Positions 37,401 to 49,830 of a DNA stretch of 64,000 nt are shown here, piece after piece; positions within the stretch are counted from its first letter, which is position 1, and every line of letters begins with the position of its first letter. Origin of the DNA: Takakia lepidozioides (lineage: Eukaryota; Plantae; Bryophyta); contig CM060734.1 in NCBI GenBank assembly GCA_030704615.1, positions 48,236,001 through 48,300,000 of the forward strand, written 5' to 3'. The translations under genes were made by a program, and so were the position numbers. The notes under the pieces were generated by a model. That model had not been told where the DNA came from and did not search any database. It saw nothing but the letters and a program-made list of their open reading frames with translations.

Positions 37401-40400
37401 TCAAAGTCAAGGAGCAGAAGTGCAATTGCCTGGGCCGAGGTAGAAGCAAAGGGTGGGATTTCTTGGGCCAGTAGGATGTTATCCATTATGTATCTCCCCT
37501 TAATGAATCCCGACTGGTTGGGTCTGATAAGTGATAGAAGCATAGGCTGTAGCCTCATAGCTAAAGCCTTGGCTATGATCTTGTATGCCACATTAAGGAG
37601 GGTGATAGGGCAGTAATTGGAGATGTCCGTGCGATCCCCCTTTTTAAAAAGAATTGTGATGACCCCTTGTGACATGGTGCTTGGCATGCCCTGAGTGTAA
37701 ATGTGGTTTGCCATTTCCAGGAAGTCACTGGAGATGTCAAACCAAAGAAGTTTGTAGAACTCCACCGGGATCCCGTCTATTCCTAGAGCCTTCCCATTTT
37801 GCATTTTCTTGAGAGCATCCTCCAGTTCCGATTCTGAGAGGGGGCCTTGCAGAGAGTCAGCTTGGGCTGTTGTCACCATGGAAGGGGTATGGAGGAGGCA
37901 TGTTTTTTGCTGGTGCGAGGGCTGCATATTTCCAAGGAGGTGCTGCTGAAAAGGGTACTGAAGTGTCTCATAGCCAGGGTAGCCATTTCCTTAGAGGATG
38001 TGATAGGTAATGCAGACTCAGGATCTATCAGTTCAGCAACGTTCTGAGCTGCTCTTCTAAGTTTTTTTTTTATCGAAGAAGTATTTCGTCATCTTCTCAT
38101 CTTTAGTTGACCAAGTGATGCCCGCCTGGAGCTTGAGTTTCTGATCTAGGGATGATTGAAAGGTATCTAGGTTGTGTCTTGCCTCCAAGTATCTCAAAAA
38201 GGTATGTTCATCATACCTTGGTGATTCCATTCTGGCCTGACAGATGGAGAGGCATTTTGTTAGAGCCTTAATTTTTCTGCTTCGGGCGGCTGCTATCTCT
38301 TTACTCATTCTGCGAGCTGCCACCCCAACTGACTTTAGCTTGGCTAGGAATCTGATTGTTGGGTTTTGACTTGGGGCTTCCGTCTGGGTCCATGCCCGAA
38401 TGAGTCCATTCTTGAAGGCAGGGTTCTTAAGCAGCGATGTGTTGAGCTTGAAGATACCCCTGCCTCTGGACTGAAGAAGGGGGATGTTAACGGAAGCTGA
38501 AACTAGGGCATGATCGAAACCTTGGGGAATGGGAACTTGGGGGTAGATGGATACCCACTGAACCAGGTTGAGGGAGGAGTAGAATCTGTCCAGCCTTGCC
38601 ATCTAAAGGTTGGGGGGCTGTCTGTTGTTTGACCAGGTGAACGACGGGAGATTTGTGATAGCTGAGGCAGATGGGGGGGAGGAGGGAGTGACTGCTTCGG
38701 TAAGATTGTGATTATGAGTAAGGTTATACCAACTATCCATCTCCTGAGAGGATGGATTTAAAGCTGGATGGCGCTCGTCGGTCCCGTAGATTCTCCACCA
38801 TGTTGAAATCGCCCATCAAAACCCAGCTATCAATGTTGGGTAGGTTTGACATATGCTCATCAAGAGCTGTCCAGAATTCAGCTCTCTCCATCGTGGAGTT
38901 AGGAGCGTAAATATTGATGAATCCTATTGATCCTGCATTGGTTGGGAAGGAAATGGCACAGAACTGAGCTCTACCGGGTATCCAGGAACCTTCCGAGTGC
39001 AGGAGCGAGTGAATAGAGGGAGAGAGGAGGAAGGCAATTCCCCCCTGGTGCCTATCGAGGTTGGTTTCCAGAGGGAAAGGGTTAAGGGCCATAGGTGGTC
39101 GGAGAGGTTGGATATTTTGTTATTGTCAAGCTTATGTTCTTGAATGGCTACTATAACATCTTGCTATTGCAATGGGCTGAGCCAGGATTTGAGCCTAACT
39201 CTTTTGAGGGAGTCTGGTCCTTGGCCTAACCCCTGATATTCCAAGAAGAGAGTTTAATTAACATTGGGGGGGAAGGATTGGCTGAGAAGAGTGTTCTCAT
39301 TTGATGGCCTGGGGTCGTGAAACAAAAAGTGGAGCCTTTTGTCGGTATGAGGCAGGGAGCTAACCCAGCGGAAGCCCGGGGGGGCTGTCGGGAGGATTTT
39401 TTTGACTTGAATGAGGATGAGGGTTGGGGCATAAAAGGGTTGGGGTTGAGGTGGATGTTGATGTGGGATGAACTGACCAGATGGGGGTTTTGTAGCAGTG
39501 ATGGAGAGGAGGTGAGCATAAATACGAAGGAAGGTGGATGGGAGGGGCGATAGTGTGAAGGCACGGCCTTGGTGTAGCTGATTGCTGTGGTAAGGGAGAG
39601 AGGCTGGTGGGGTGAAGGCGATTGAAGGGAGTTTCTTGCGACGAGCGGCTTTATTTCTTGGTTCCTGGAAGCATAACACCCAGCATCTTTTTGCAACTTT
39701 TAAATCAGAATAGAATATAAAGCAAGGGGAGGGGGTGATGGGAACCTGAGTGTCGGATGCAGGTGGTGGTGTGAGCATGAGAGGAGGCCCGCATGGTGAG
39801 ACTAGCTTGTCTTTGAAATTCACTGTCGGGGACAACTGGATGTCTTGTACCTGTGGAGGCCATGGAGCGGGTGTCAACTCGTGGGGCATGGTCGGTGCTG
39901 CTACCATTGATTGTCTGGAGGCACTCGAGGAAGAGGATTGGTCCTTTGTTTCTGTTACCCCGTAGAGATGGTCCCTGGTGCGCTGCAGGTCGCCTCGGTG
40001 GTTGTCTTCGTCGATTTTTGCTTCTATGATAGCATCCAGCAGTGAGAACGCATTTGAGAGTGTCTCCCTGAATTCTGGTCTGAGTTTGCTAGCCCCCCTT
40101 GGCTCTGAGAGAATGCTTCTTTTAACCCAGATTGCTTGCTGTGGCGGCTTGGCTATGTAGATGTTAGCTTCCTCCATAAGGGCCAAGATGTGGGCTGCTG
40201 GGTTGCAGCTGAGCCCTTCGAAGTTTTCAAGTATGAACCCCACGACACTTTGGTGGTGCTAGCCAGGTGGTAGTAGGGTAAGAAGGCTGTGAAAAAATTT
40301 TGTATTTTTTTTTTGAGCATGTTCTCAGGGCAGCTGTCAGGTGGACAGATAGCGATGAAGTGTCGGACATCTTGGATGGTGATCCAAAGGGATGCAAAAT

Positions 40401-41700
40401 CCTCCCAAGCCGCTTCCGTGATGAGAAAAGACTGGGGGGGGGCCTTTCCTGTAGACCAGCGGGGTGATGCATGAGGCTTTTGGGGGATCTTCAATGTTGA
40501 CCTCGGAGGAGCAGCGCAGGGAGATGTGTTGGAATGATTTGATGCCCATGCATATCCTAGCCACCGAAGGATTGCTGGCAATTTCCGTTAGCACCACTGT
40601 TTTCGAAGTGTTTGGCAGAATACCACTGTCTGCCAAGGGGGGTGTTGGTGATGGAAGTACATCGCCTACCGGGATCCATTTGCCTTTCCTTTCCCAATTT
40701 GCTTTTTTAAGTGCAGATTCGTGTCGCATGGGGTTAGCTCCATCTCTGAGTTTCTTTGGTACTGGTGCTGCCGGGCTGCTTGAATTCGTTGCTTTACCTT
40801 CCTGCCGCATGGCTTGCAGCAGGTCCGCCAGATAGAAATACCCAAAGTGTCTAGCAATATCTGGGAGGTTGTAAAGGTACTGATCTGGAATAAATGGCAC
40901 TGCGATGATTCTAGGCCCCCAAAGCTTACCATTTCTGTTGCCTAGTTTGGAAGACCAAGGGAAGACATTGACATTGAACCCATGGAGATGTGGGTTGAAT
41001 TTCAAGGCCACATCTGCCGCCTCTTGAGTCTCAAAGTGGATCGAGAAGAAGCCCCTACCTTTTGCATGGCAGAAGTGCTGCTTTAGCCCCCCTCTCCCCC
41101 CAAGATGGTGGGAGGCCCAGTACCTAACATGAGCCCTGCTGACTTTTCTGCCTGGAAAGTGCAGCAAGACGCCCTTTTCCTCCATTGCGGTAACCCAACT
41201 GTCTAGACCATCCATGTCCACGTCCACCAATGACCACTCCCCACTCATCGCTTCTTGTTCCTCTAATGTGTCTTTGAGGTAGTCCTGCTGATCGCAGGGG
41301 ATGGGTGAGTCCTCCGTCGTTGGATTGAACACAGAATTAGGAGGAGGAGCGATGGGCCGCTGCCAAGAGCTAGAGGTTGCGTGGAGAGGTGGCGACTGAG
41401 GCCTGCCATGCAGCGAGCGATGAGGGGGGGGGGATTGATTGAGCTTGATGCGCCAGGAAGTAGCCAGTGCCCGAGGAAGGCTGAGGGCGGTTGACATGCT
41501 GGGTTCGTGGTGACCTCTGTAGAGGCCGCTTCCAGCCATTGCCGTGATTCCTCAGCTGGGACGAGTTGAATGGAGCCATTTGAGAGAGAGAGAGAGAAAG
41601 AAAGGATTCGAGAGCAGTGGTGAGAGTGGGTTTGAAGACGATGCAAGAGTGAAAAGAAACTGGCGATGGAGACAGGAGCCCGCAGCTAGGCGGCAAGGTG
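34471..41700 (-). mobile_element. Near full-length degenerate L1-clade LINE (ORF1, APE endonuclease, RT, zf-RVT, poly-A)
   Basis: ORF1 with RRM/DUF4283-like 'GFFSIHFETQEAADVAL' (40337-41539). EN motifs SWNIRG, INIYAPN, MGDFN, RLDRFY, DH (38057-39260). RT motifs KALGIDG, YKIIAK, QSGFIKGR, DFEKAFDRV, RQGCPLSP, MFVDD, YLG (36692-37927). A-rich tail read as T-runs at 34471-34510. The 5' end may extend to ~42290. Confidence 0.93.
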
Positions 41701-42339
41701 GCGGGCTAATGGAAATGTTGATATTATGGGGCCGACTAGATGGCAGTGTGTAGTAAAGGTTTACATTTGTGACGGCGACTGCACAGCTGTGTGAGGGATA
41801 GGACGGATCAATTGCGCCGTCAATCTGTAGAGGAGTTAATAGATATGACAGGGGTGAGGGATGAGGGGGAGACGCTGAGATAGCAACCCATCGATCTCAG
41901 TCTCAATGTTAAGAACTGTGGCTTAGGTTTTCCTGAAGGAATTTATTGACAGCTATTCTATGGCTTGGTGTGGGTTCTTTGGGGGGCCGATTCTTCGATA
42001 CTAGGAAGAATTCCATGCTAGGCCTTGCGAGAGAGACGAAGAGACCGTTGGGGGGCTCTCTCTCTCTCACCGCAGCTTGCGGAGCTCCTACATCGCGCCC
42101 GACAACTCGGCAACTCTTGATTTTCAACTACTGACAGTTTTTGGTGGATTTTTCGGTATTTACCAGTGTTGGACTGGTATAGGGTCTGGCCGGGTATCAA
42201 CTAGGGTATTAAAGAACTGACCCGGCTGATATCTACTTTTGTAATACCAGGATTAAGAACCGGAACCCCTCCTTGAAGACCTTGTCTCTCCTTGATCAAG
42301 AGTTGTTTTTTTCTCTTCAACTAAAAATTTGATAGACCA

Positions 42340-42582
42340 ACAATCAGTAGCTCAGTTGGTTAAGTGCACTGAGTGCCACCGAGACGATTCTGGTGTCAAA
42401 ACCTGCTACTTGACGGGTGTGGTGTACTCTTCTCCCCCTTCCCTGGGCGGTGTCCCATTTCTCAGCCTCCATGGCGCGGTTCGTATGAAAGAGGTGATTT
42501 TCTCCTCTCACTATCAAGGGGCCTGATTTGTGAGCTATCGCTCCCAGGTGTTTCCTTTAAAGAAGAAAAAAATAAAAATAAA
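42340..42582 (+). mobile_element. tRNA-derived SINE
   Basis: A box TAGCTCAGTTGG, B-box-like GGTGTCAAAACC, a ~170-bp unrelated body and an A-rich tail. Confidence 0.7.
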
Positions 42583-42719
42583 ATGATGGATGAAGAAGAA
42601 TTTCTCCATTGCAGATTTGGCCATGTTGAAAACTGAGACTTGGAACCAATTTTCCTAACTGATTGCACTTGGTTTGATAAAAATATGCATATGTAATGCA
42701 AAGGGCTTTTGCAACATTT

Positions 42720-43426
42720 TCTTAAATGTTTTTTGTTTTGTTTTGTTTTGTTTGTAGCGTCGTTGAGATCTCCCAAACCGCGGGGCCCCAACGTGGGTGC
42801 TTGGTGCCGTTGGAAAGCCCTCGATGAGGAGGGGTGCACCGGCTTGGTCTCATGATTTTTGGACCCGCGGTGAGGGAGATGTGGAATTTTGAGTACTTTG
42901 GGTTGCTGGAAATTCGGGAAAAATAGCAAAGTGGGCTTTCATGGAGCAGTGATTGGCCCTTCATGTCCGGGGAGATTTGGAATTTCAAGTACTTTTGGTC
43001 GCTGGAAATTGGCAAAAAATAGCAAAGTGGACATATCAATATATGAAGCCTCGATTGCAAAAATAGCAAAGTGGGCTTTGGTGGAACAATGACGTGGACA
43101 TCTCCCAAACTGTAAGGTGTCTGGATGCATAGGGGATTGCACTTGGACTTAAGATGACATTAGACACTGGAGGTTGCACTTGGGCCTCTACACATATAGG
43201 AGACGCACTTGGATACATAGGAGATTGCACTTGGGCTTAGATGGGCCTCGACATATGAGACACATGGGAAATTGCACTTGGTCTTAGATTTCACTGCAGG
43301 CTACCCTAGAGGTCGTACTTGGGCCTCGACATACGAGACGCTCTTGGATACATAGGGGATTGCACTTGGACTTAGCTAATGACACTTGACACTTGACACT
43401 TGGGCCAACGCCACATGCTACCCTAG
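42720..43426 (+). mobile_element. Non-autonomous Helitron-like element, composite
   Basis: Ends GGGCCAACGCCACATGCTACCCTAG|T. Has an internal A|TCAATATATGAAGC 5'-type end at 43036 and the same internal repeats as 44282-45470. Confidence 0.65.
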
Positions 43427-43861
43427 TACTTATAAATTGGCCCCATATTCATGCTACCACTTTAAGTTTAAATCAAATTAAATTATTTATACAGGGGTTG
43501 GTAACCGGCTGGTACTACAATTGGAATACCATAATTTGGTTGATAACCGTCGGCAAATCCAAAATCTATTGAGAACCGACGGATATTAAAATTTTGTGAG
43601 TATTATGATACTATGGAACCGGCTGGTATTGAAAAGTGAAAATATTTCAATACACGGACCGGGCTGGTATTAAAAAAAAGTCATTTACCCCCATAATTCC
43701 TGTGTACAAGTAGCTGACCCATTTTTCTAGGTCGAAACCTGGCGATTTTTTGCCCCGGAAAAAAAAAAGCTGGTCATTGTCCTTGTTAATCATGAAAGAA
43801 TATTTTTTAGCACAACAGGGTAGATCTCCTATGCATTGGCTTGTGGGTCTGCGGTTCAAAC

Positions 43862-44173
43862 CAATGTTGGGCGGTTATTCAAATTTCTCTCTAATTCCCG
43901 ACGGTTACCTATCCGGTTATATATATATATATATATATATATGATCGGCGGAGGTCAGGCATTCAAATAACCAAGCAAAGACCATTTTAAAGAACCACCC
44001 AATACCCGCGGTTATCTGATGGTTATTTGAGGTTTTTGCAAGTAACTGCAACCGCATGTTATATCTAGCCATAAAAAATTTAATAACCGCAACCGCAAGT
44101 TAATAGTTTCCTAAAATTTGAAGCAACCGGAACCGCCCGGTTGTGAGAAAAATCAAATAACCGCCCAACACTC
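43862..44173. mobile_element. hAT-family MITE (312 bp)
   Basis: TIRs CAATGTTGGGCGGTTATT / AATAACCGCCCAACACTC. 8-bp TSD GTTCAAAC at 43854-43861 and 44174-44181. AACCG subterminal motifs. Confidence 0.9.
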
Positions 44174-44281
44174 GTTCAAACCCCCGTGTGCTGTTTGCCT
44201 TTGAGCCGGGCTCTGCCCCTGGTTGCGTTCATTGCAAAGGAAGGGGGTTAGTTGGGGCTGGTGTTTACTTGGAAAACAAAA

Positions 44282-45470
44282 TCAATATATGAAGCGAGAC
44301 GTTTGTTTGTTTGTTTGTTTTGTTTTGTTTTGTAGCGTTGAGATGTCCCAAACCGCGAGGCCCTAGCCCTGGTGCTTGGTACCGTTGGAAAGCCCTCGAC
44401 GAGGAGGGGCGCACGGGCTTGGTCTCACGATTTTTGGACTTGCGGTTTGGGAGATATGGAATTCCAAGTACTTTTGGTCGCTGGAAATTCACGAAAAATA
44501 GCAAAAATGGCAAAGTGGGCATTCCCGGGACAATGGTTGGAGCCTCGAGGGGAGAGATATCAAGGGAAAGGTCTCTGATTCAAATCTGGTCGTAGGCTCT
44601 CTGGGGAAAAAAAAAAATGATCAGATATGGCTTGCTTCATAAGTATGACGCCTCCCTAAGGGAGCGTAACTTATGGTGTCACTTGACCCCAAAGGACTAC
44701 TGCCTTCTAGCAGGAAGGTGGACACCTTCATGACACACTAGACGGTGGTTTGAACCCACAACCACATCCAACATGCTATGTGCCCATTACCAGTGGGTGG
44801 CTTGCTTCATATACTGATGCACTTGGACTTAGATGACATTGGACACTTGCACCAATGGCATAGCCTATCCTGGAGGTCATACTTGGGCCTAGACATAGGA
44901 GACGCACTTGAATGCATAAGAGATTGCACTTGGGCTTACATGACCTTGGAGACTTGAGCCAACGGCACAAGCTACCCTAGGAAAATTCGTGAAAAATAGC
45001 AAAGTGGGCTTTCCCGGGAGCCTCGACGGGAGATATATCAATAATGAATGGATATATTACTACTCAATAAATTAATGGAAAATATTAAAAAAAGGCCTTG
45101 ACATGGGAGACGTACTTGGATACATAGGAGATGCACTTGGATCATAAATAGAAGATTGCAGTTGGGCTTAAATGGGCCTCGACATAGGAGACGCACTTGG
45201 ATACGTAGGAAATGCACATGGACGTAGATTTCAATTCTTCACACATGGGCCAACGGCATAGGCTACACTAGAGGTCGCACTTGGGCCTCGACATAGGAGA
45301 CGCATTGGGATACATAAGAAATTGCACTTGGTCTTTGATTTCAAGTCTTCATACATGGGCCAAAGGCACATGCTACCCTGTCGCACTTGGGCCTCAACAT
45401 AGGAGACGCGCTCGGATACATAGAAGATCTTACACTTGGACAATTGGGCCAACGGCACATGCTACCCTAG
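44282..45470 (+). mobile_element. Non-autonomous Helitron-like element with internal tandem repeats
   Basis: 5' A|TC (TCAATATATGAAG) and a 3' hairpin-like GCCAACGGCACATG followed by CTACCCTAG|T. No TSD. Internal CACTTGGATACATAGGAG / CACTTGGGCCTCGACATAGG repeats. Confidence 0.7.
44642..44797 (-). mobile_element. Short tRNA-derived SINE nested in the Helitron-like element
   Basis: 14-bp direct repeat TGGCTTGCTTCATA at 44628-44641 and 44798-44811. B box GGTTCAAACC. Body GTGTCCACCTTCC...GAAGGCAGTAG shared with 53345-53390. Confidence 0.75.
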
Positions 45471-46275
45471 TATTTATAAAAAGAAGGGTCACTTGGTACT
45501 CAGATTGGCTCGTAATTTAAAGGTGAAGTTTCTGATGAATCCCGGGAGAGTACCATCAGAGGGCACGAGTGCATTAAGTTCTTACCTCATTCATACTATC
45601 TTCCCTGTATTTCAGCCCATAATCTCTTGATGCATCTCATACATGGACCAACAGCTGGTGTTTAGTGGATAATGAAGGCCAGTCAAAAGTTGTTCCATAC
45701 GAGGACTGAATTTCAATGGTCTAATTTCAAAGTATACCGTATGTGCCCACAGTAGGGTTCTAATCTTGTCAAAGACACTTGATAGGTGGGCCCATTCTAG
45801 GAACACCAGACAGTCACTTTAAGGTGCACTTGGATTAGAGGTGAATGCAGCACTGGGTGCCAGGCAAGCACCTCTGATGGGAAAAGTTGTGCATTCAACT
45901 TAGTTGAACTGAGGACTTCATATCTTTATGGACACCTGTGGAGGATGATGCTGTGGTGAAGGAACTGAGTCATTGAAGGCCCTGAAATTGCTATCCAAGT
46001 CATCTTCGAAATGTGTCCACATTCCACAGCCCCCTTCTCAAGGTCCATTTCAGTCAGATGCGCATTTATGAGAATGATAGAGATTCAGGATAGAAGATTT
46101 ATCGACCATACTTTGGACAACTGTGGAAAGTTGAGCACATATGCCTTTGCTATTGTTTGGCAGTACTCATTATATGCTTTCCTCTTATTATCTCCTGGTG
46201 GACTGAGGCTCTTAGACCACACTTGGCAGGTAATGAGTTGGGAGCCAATTTGGATCATAAACAACCCATTCTCTG

Positions 46276-49200
46276 TTAACAAGGCTGAAGTGAGGCAAAT
46301 TGATTCAGCTCTGGAGGAATAACTCCATCTGCCTGGGAAACTATGGCCTGTGCAAGAATCTCACCTAGCCAGGCATGATAGATAAGTCCTCTTGAACCAA
46401 GCCCTCCCAGCAACCACCAATGAGTATCGGACTTCAATGGCAGCTTTAAACTGTCAATGCAACCTGCCAGCGGCAAGGCACCTAGCGTAGTGCGTGGTGG
46501 CATTGCGCGCACACCTGCATGCAAGCTGGACACCTGCCACTGCGTGATGGGTGGATAGAATGCTGCTGCCTTTGGCAAGAGCTCGTCATGAACTGCACAT
46601 GCCTCGTCTGCTGAAATTTGCACACCTGTGTCATCACAACCCCACTGCTTGGTGGCCCCCAGCACCAGCCTTCGTGGCCCCTGCACTGCTAGCCATGTAC
46701 TGGATAGCAGACTCGGTGCCTCTGCTCCATACTCTCTGACATCCAGCCCAAAAAATTCCATGTAAGGTTGCATGAATGTGACCAGTTTTGAGTTTTGTCA
46801 AACATATCCAGCACCAACTGATATTATCAAATCATACAAAGGTGAATGCTTGGCAAGGTAAGGAAATCTGCACATACTCGAAGGGTTCCGGCAGATTGAG
46901 GTGTGCCACAATGCCACGGCACATGGACAAAGGGAGCTTGCCTGCCAGCTCAGGAAGCGTCGTGGCCTTTGCTCCCATGCAAACCACCACAGCTTCGTAC
47001 ATGCCTATATACACAAACAACATGTTACTCAGAAACGCCTCTGGACACTTCCTCCTCTCTCCAGACAAATGATGGCCACCAAACTGTTTCACCAGCCATG
47101 TTCCACAGTTGCAAAGATAGGTGGCTCAGAAGCTAACCAAGCTAGAAATAGAAACAACCTCAGGCTCTAAAGTACTTTGCTCTGGACAGCAAAAGTGCAC
47201 TGGACAATGCAACATCCTTATAAGTATCGACATATCTCCACGCTTACATTTAAAGGTAGCCAAAAAAGAAGTACTGAGAAGATCTGATCTGTGGATAGAG
47301 GGATTTTCAGAAGAGAAACTAGAAACAAACAGCAAAGAAAAGAAAAACAGAGACAAATAAATGACGAAAGGAAGAAAAAGAAGCAAGTACAAATTTATAC
47401 ACAGATACAAACAAAACAACAAATGCAGATTCATGACAGCAAAAGTGCAGGACATAGCAAATACACTTACACACTGAAGGGATTAAGGGTCCAATAACCA
47501 CCCAGCTCAAGACAAGAATATCACCAATGTTTAACAAAGAATTGAGCAAATTTGCAGAAGGTCACTTCAAGCAACCTCTCTGTAGGCAGCAAATGACTTT
47601 CATGCTCGAAGATTTGTTTTTCCCCAAATGATACAAAATCCTTGCCTGAGAGTTCTGAGAGGGAGGCAATGTGTTGATTCAACAGTAAAGCACGAGTGCC
47701 AGGGCTCCCGCTGCTTGATGCATCACTTGCAAAGGATTGGCATGCCATCCACAAAGCCTGCAAATACATTGCAGAAGGCTTTGTCAAAATCCCATGTCCA
47801 GTACTGTGCAGATCTGACCACTGCACTTGAGAAGGCACTGCCTTGGATTAGGATCCTTCAACCACTCTACTAAGGTCTAGCCTGAAAAGAAACAGAAAAC
47901 AAAAGAGAATTGGTTGACCTGAAGGTAATGTTGAGGGTGAAGATTGAGGCCATGTGGCATGAACAAGGCAAGCCCGTCATCTGGTAAAACAAGGCCCGGG
48001 ACCAGAGCCCTTGCTGCTTTGCCCTCCATGGATATTATACCTGCCTCTCTTGCTCCATCGTCTGCATTCTGCTTCAGATGCATGACTTCAACCTTTGTAT
48101 TCACCTCTCTTCAAATGTATGTTTGTGAAGAAGAATTGTTTTGAAAAACTTGCACAAGGCAGCTCTGCCTGCCAGGATGAGAATCCTCAAGCTAAACAAT
48201 TAGCTTCAGTTACTCCAAAACAAATAGCTTACCTGTACCCTCTTGTATTCAGTTTTATGCTTATGAACCAGAGCTGGCCTTAAAATGCCACTGCAAACCA
48301 CAGTCAAGAGTCAAGAGGAGAAAAGCTTTAAAGACAAGTGCCATCTCAGCTGAATCTGAAACTCTTTGTGTGAAAACATCTAATAATCTTGTTAGGAGAG
48401 ACAGAAGAGACATGTGGTCACCATGATAATACACAGCAGACAGTATTAATCTCCTAGAGGAAGAGAAACTTGCAGTCTCACCACTGTAGCAACCAGCATG
48501 ATCAAAAGGAATAACCGGTTCCAGGCAATGGTGGCAGCAAGCCATCTGAAGGACGAATTGTAAGTTCAATGTTCATCAAACCAACCGTCTCCAAGCAATA
48601 GGCTCAGTGAGGTGCTGTGCAGAAGCCCTGGCATTTGCTGTTTCCGCAACAGCTAGTAACTTCAAAGCAGCTGTCCAGCCTTCAGCCCCCTTCCACAGCA
48701 GTTTGCCTGCCCACAATGCCAGTGATTCCCTCTCAGCTACTCAACTCCGATGAACTCGGGCTTCTGGTGCGTCTTGGTATAGTTGCCTTTGAGACAAAAC
48801 AACTTACAAACTATCCATGAGACGCACACAAAAGCCCGGGCAGCAGCAACCATTGTCACTCTATGCAGGTTTGATTGATAACCAAGCTCAAACCTTCGAC
48901 AAAGGCATGAATAGAGACCTTTGGGAGAGTATGGGTGCAGCAGACCTCCCGACACACCAGAAGCCCCTCCGCCAATACCAGCTTCGTCATAGACCTCCAC
49001 GCACACAGGGCCTGAGCTGCATGTGTGCTGCATGAAGTAGACAGCATTTACCATCCGATCACCTCTCCTCTTCTGACATCACTTAACAATGCACGTTCGT
49101 ACTCCTTTCAAGCTCATGCCGTACTGCTACTGATGAGCAACCCTCATTAGAGAAGTAATTTACAAGAGAGCAATGCACCTGGAGAAGATGCCATGCAACT

Positions 49201-49528
49201 GACATCCCAGCAAATCCTGCACCAAGAACTGCGAATCTGCAGCACATAACCACATGGGGCTTTAATGCACGCTTGCTTGCACTTGCAATTCCTCACACGT
49301 AAAGATCTCTTCCTCTACATCCACCCAATACTCACCCGACATCCTCCCCAGTGGTTAGTGAAAATCTATCGACAATAGGGCCTGCCTCGTAGGATAGAGA
49401 GAGTGCCATGGCTCATCACAGCACCTGCGGGTGTTTGGTGCACTGATGCATGCCGTTGAAACGTCCAGACAGCGAGGCTGCGCTTGATGAATCACACTCG
49501 ATACTGCTGGAAAACCTCCTCCTGACAT
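46276..49528 (-). CDS. FAD-dependent oxidoreductase (DAO/glycine-oxidase-like family), 9 exons, ~430 aa
   Basis: Phase-consistent exons 49528-49425, 49236-49179, 49027-48919, 48706-48586, 48290-48239, 48068-47919, 47757-47646, 47004-46878, 46735-46276. Motifs AVLGAGFAG (FAD binding), GGGASGVSGGLLHPYSPK, GILRP, AGVRA, GGLGSRGLIYH. Confidence 0.9.
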
Positions 49529-49830
49529 TGCCACAACCTAGACAGCAGTATATTGCGTTACGTTGATTCTGGTAGATTGCGAGGGTGATCAGTGCGGCAT
49601 TGAGTGGCGCGCATGCAATGGTGCGCTGCCTGTTTTAAAGCGCGGGCACGCCTTCTCATAAGCTCGACCGGTTCGACTTTTAACTGAGAGTATCAAAACC
49701 CTCCATTGTGCATCAGTTTTATTGCCTCAAAACAGACGACGACCTCTTATTCAAAGGGAATTCTCTTCTTCGCTCCCTCACCTCTCTCTTACACGCACTT
49801 ACAGGTATTGATTGGGGTTGCTGTGACGAT
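49529..49830. promoter_or_regulatory. Putative compact bidirectional promoter and 5' UTRs
   Basis: Only 302 bp separate two divergently oriented predicted start codons. Confidence 0.55.
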
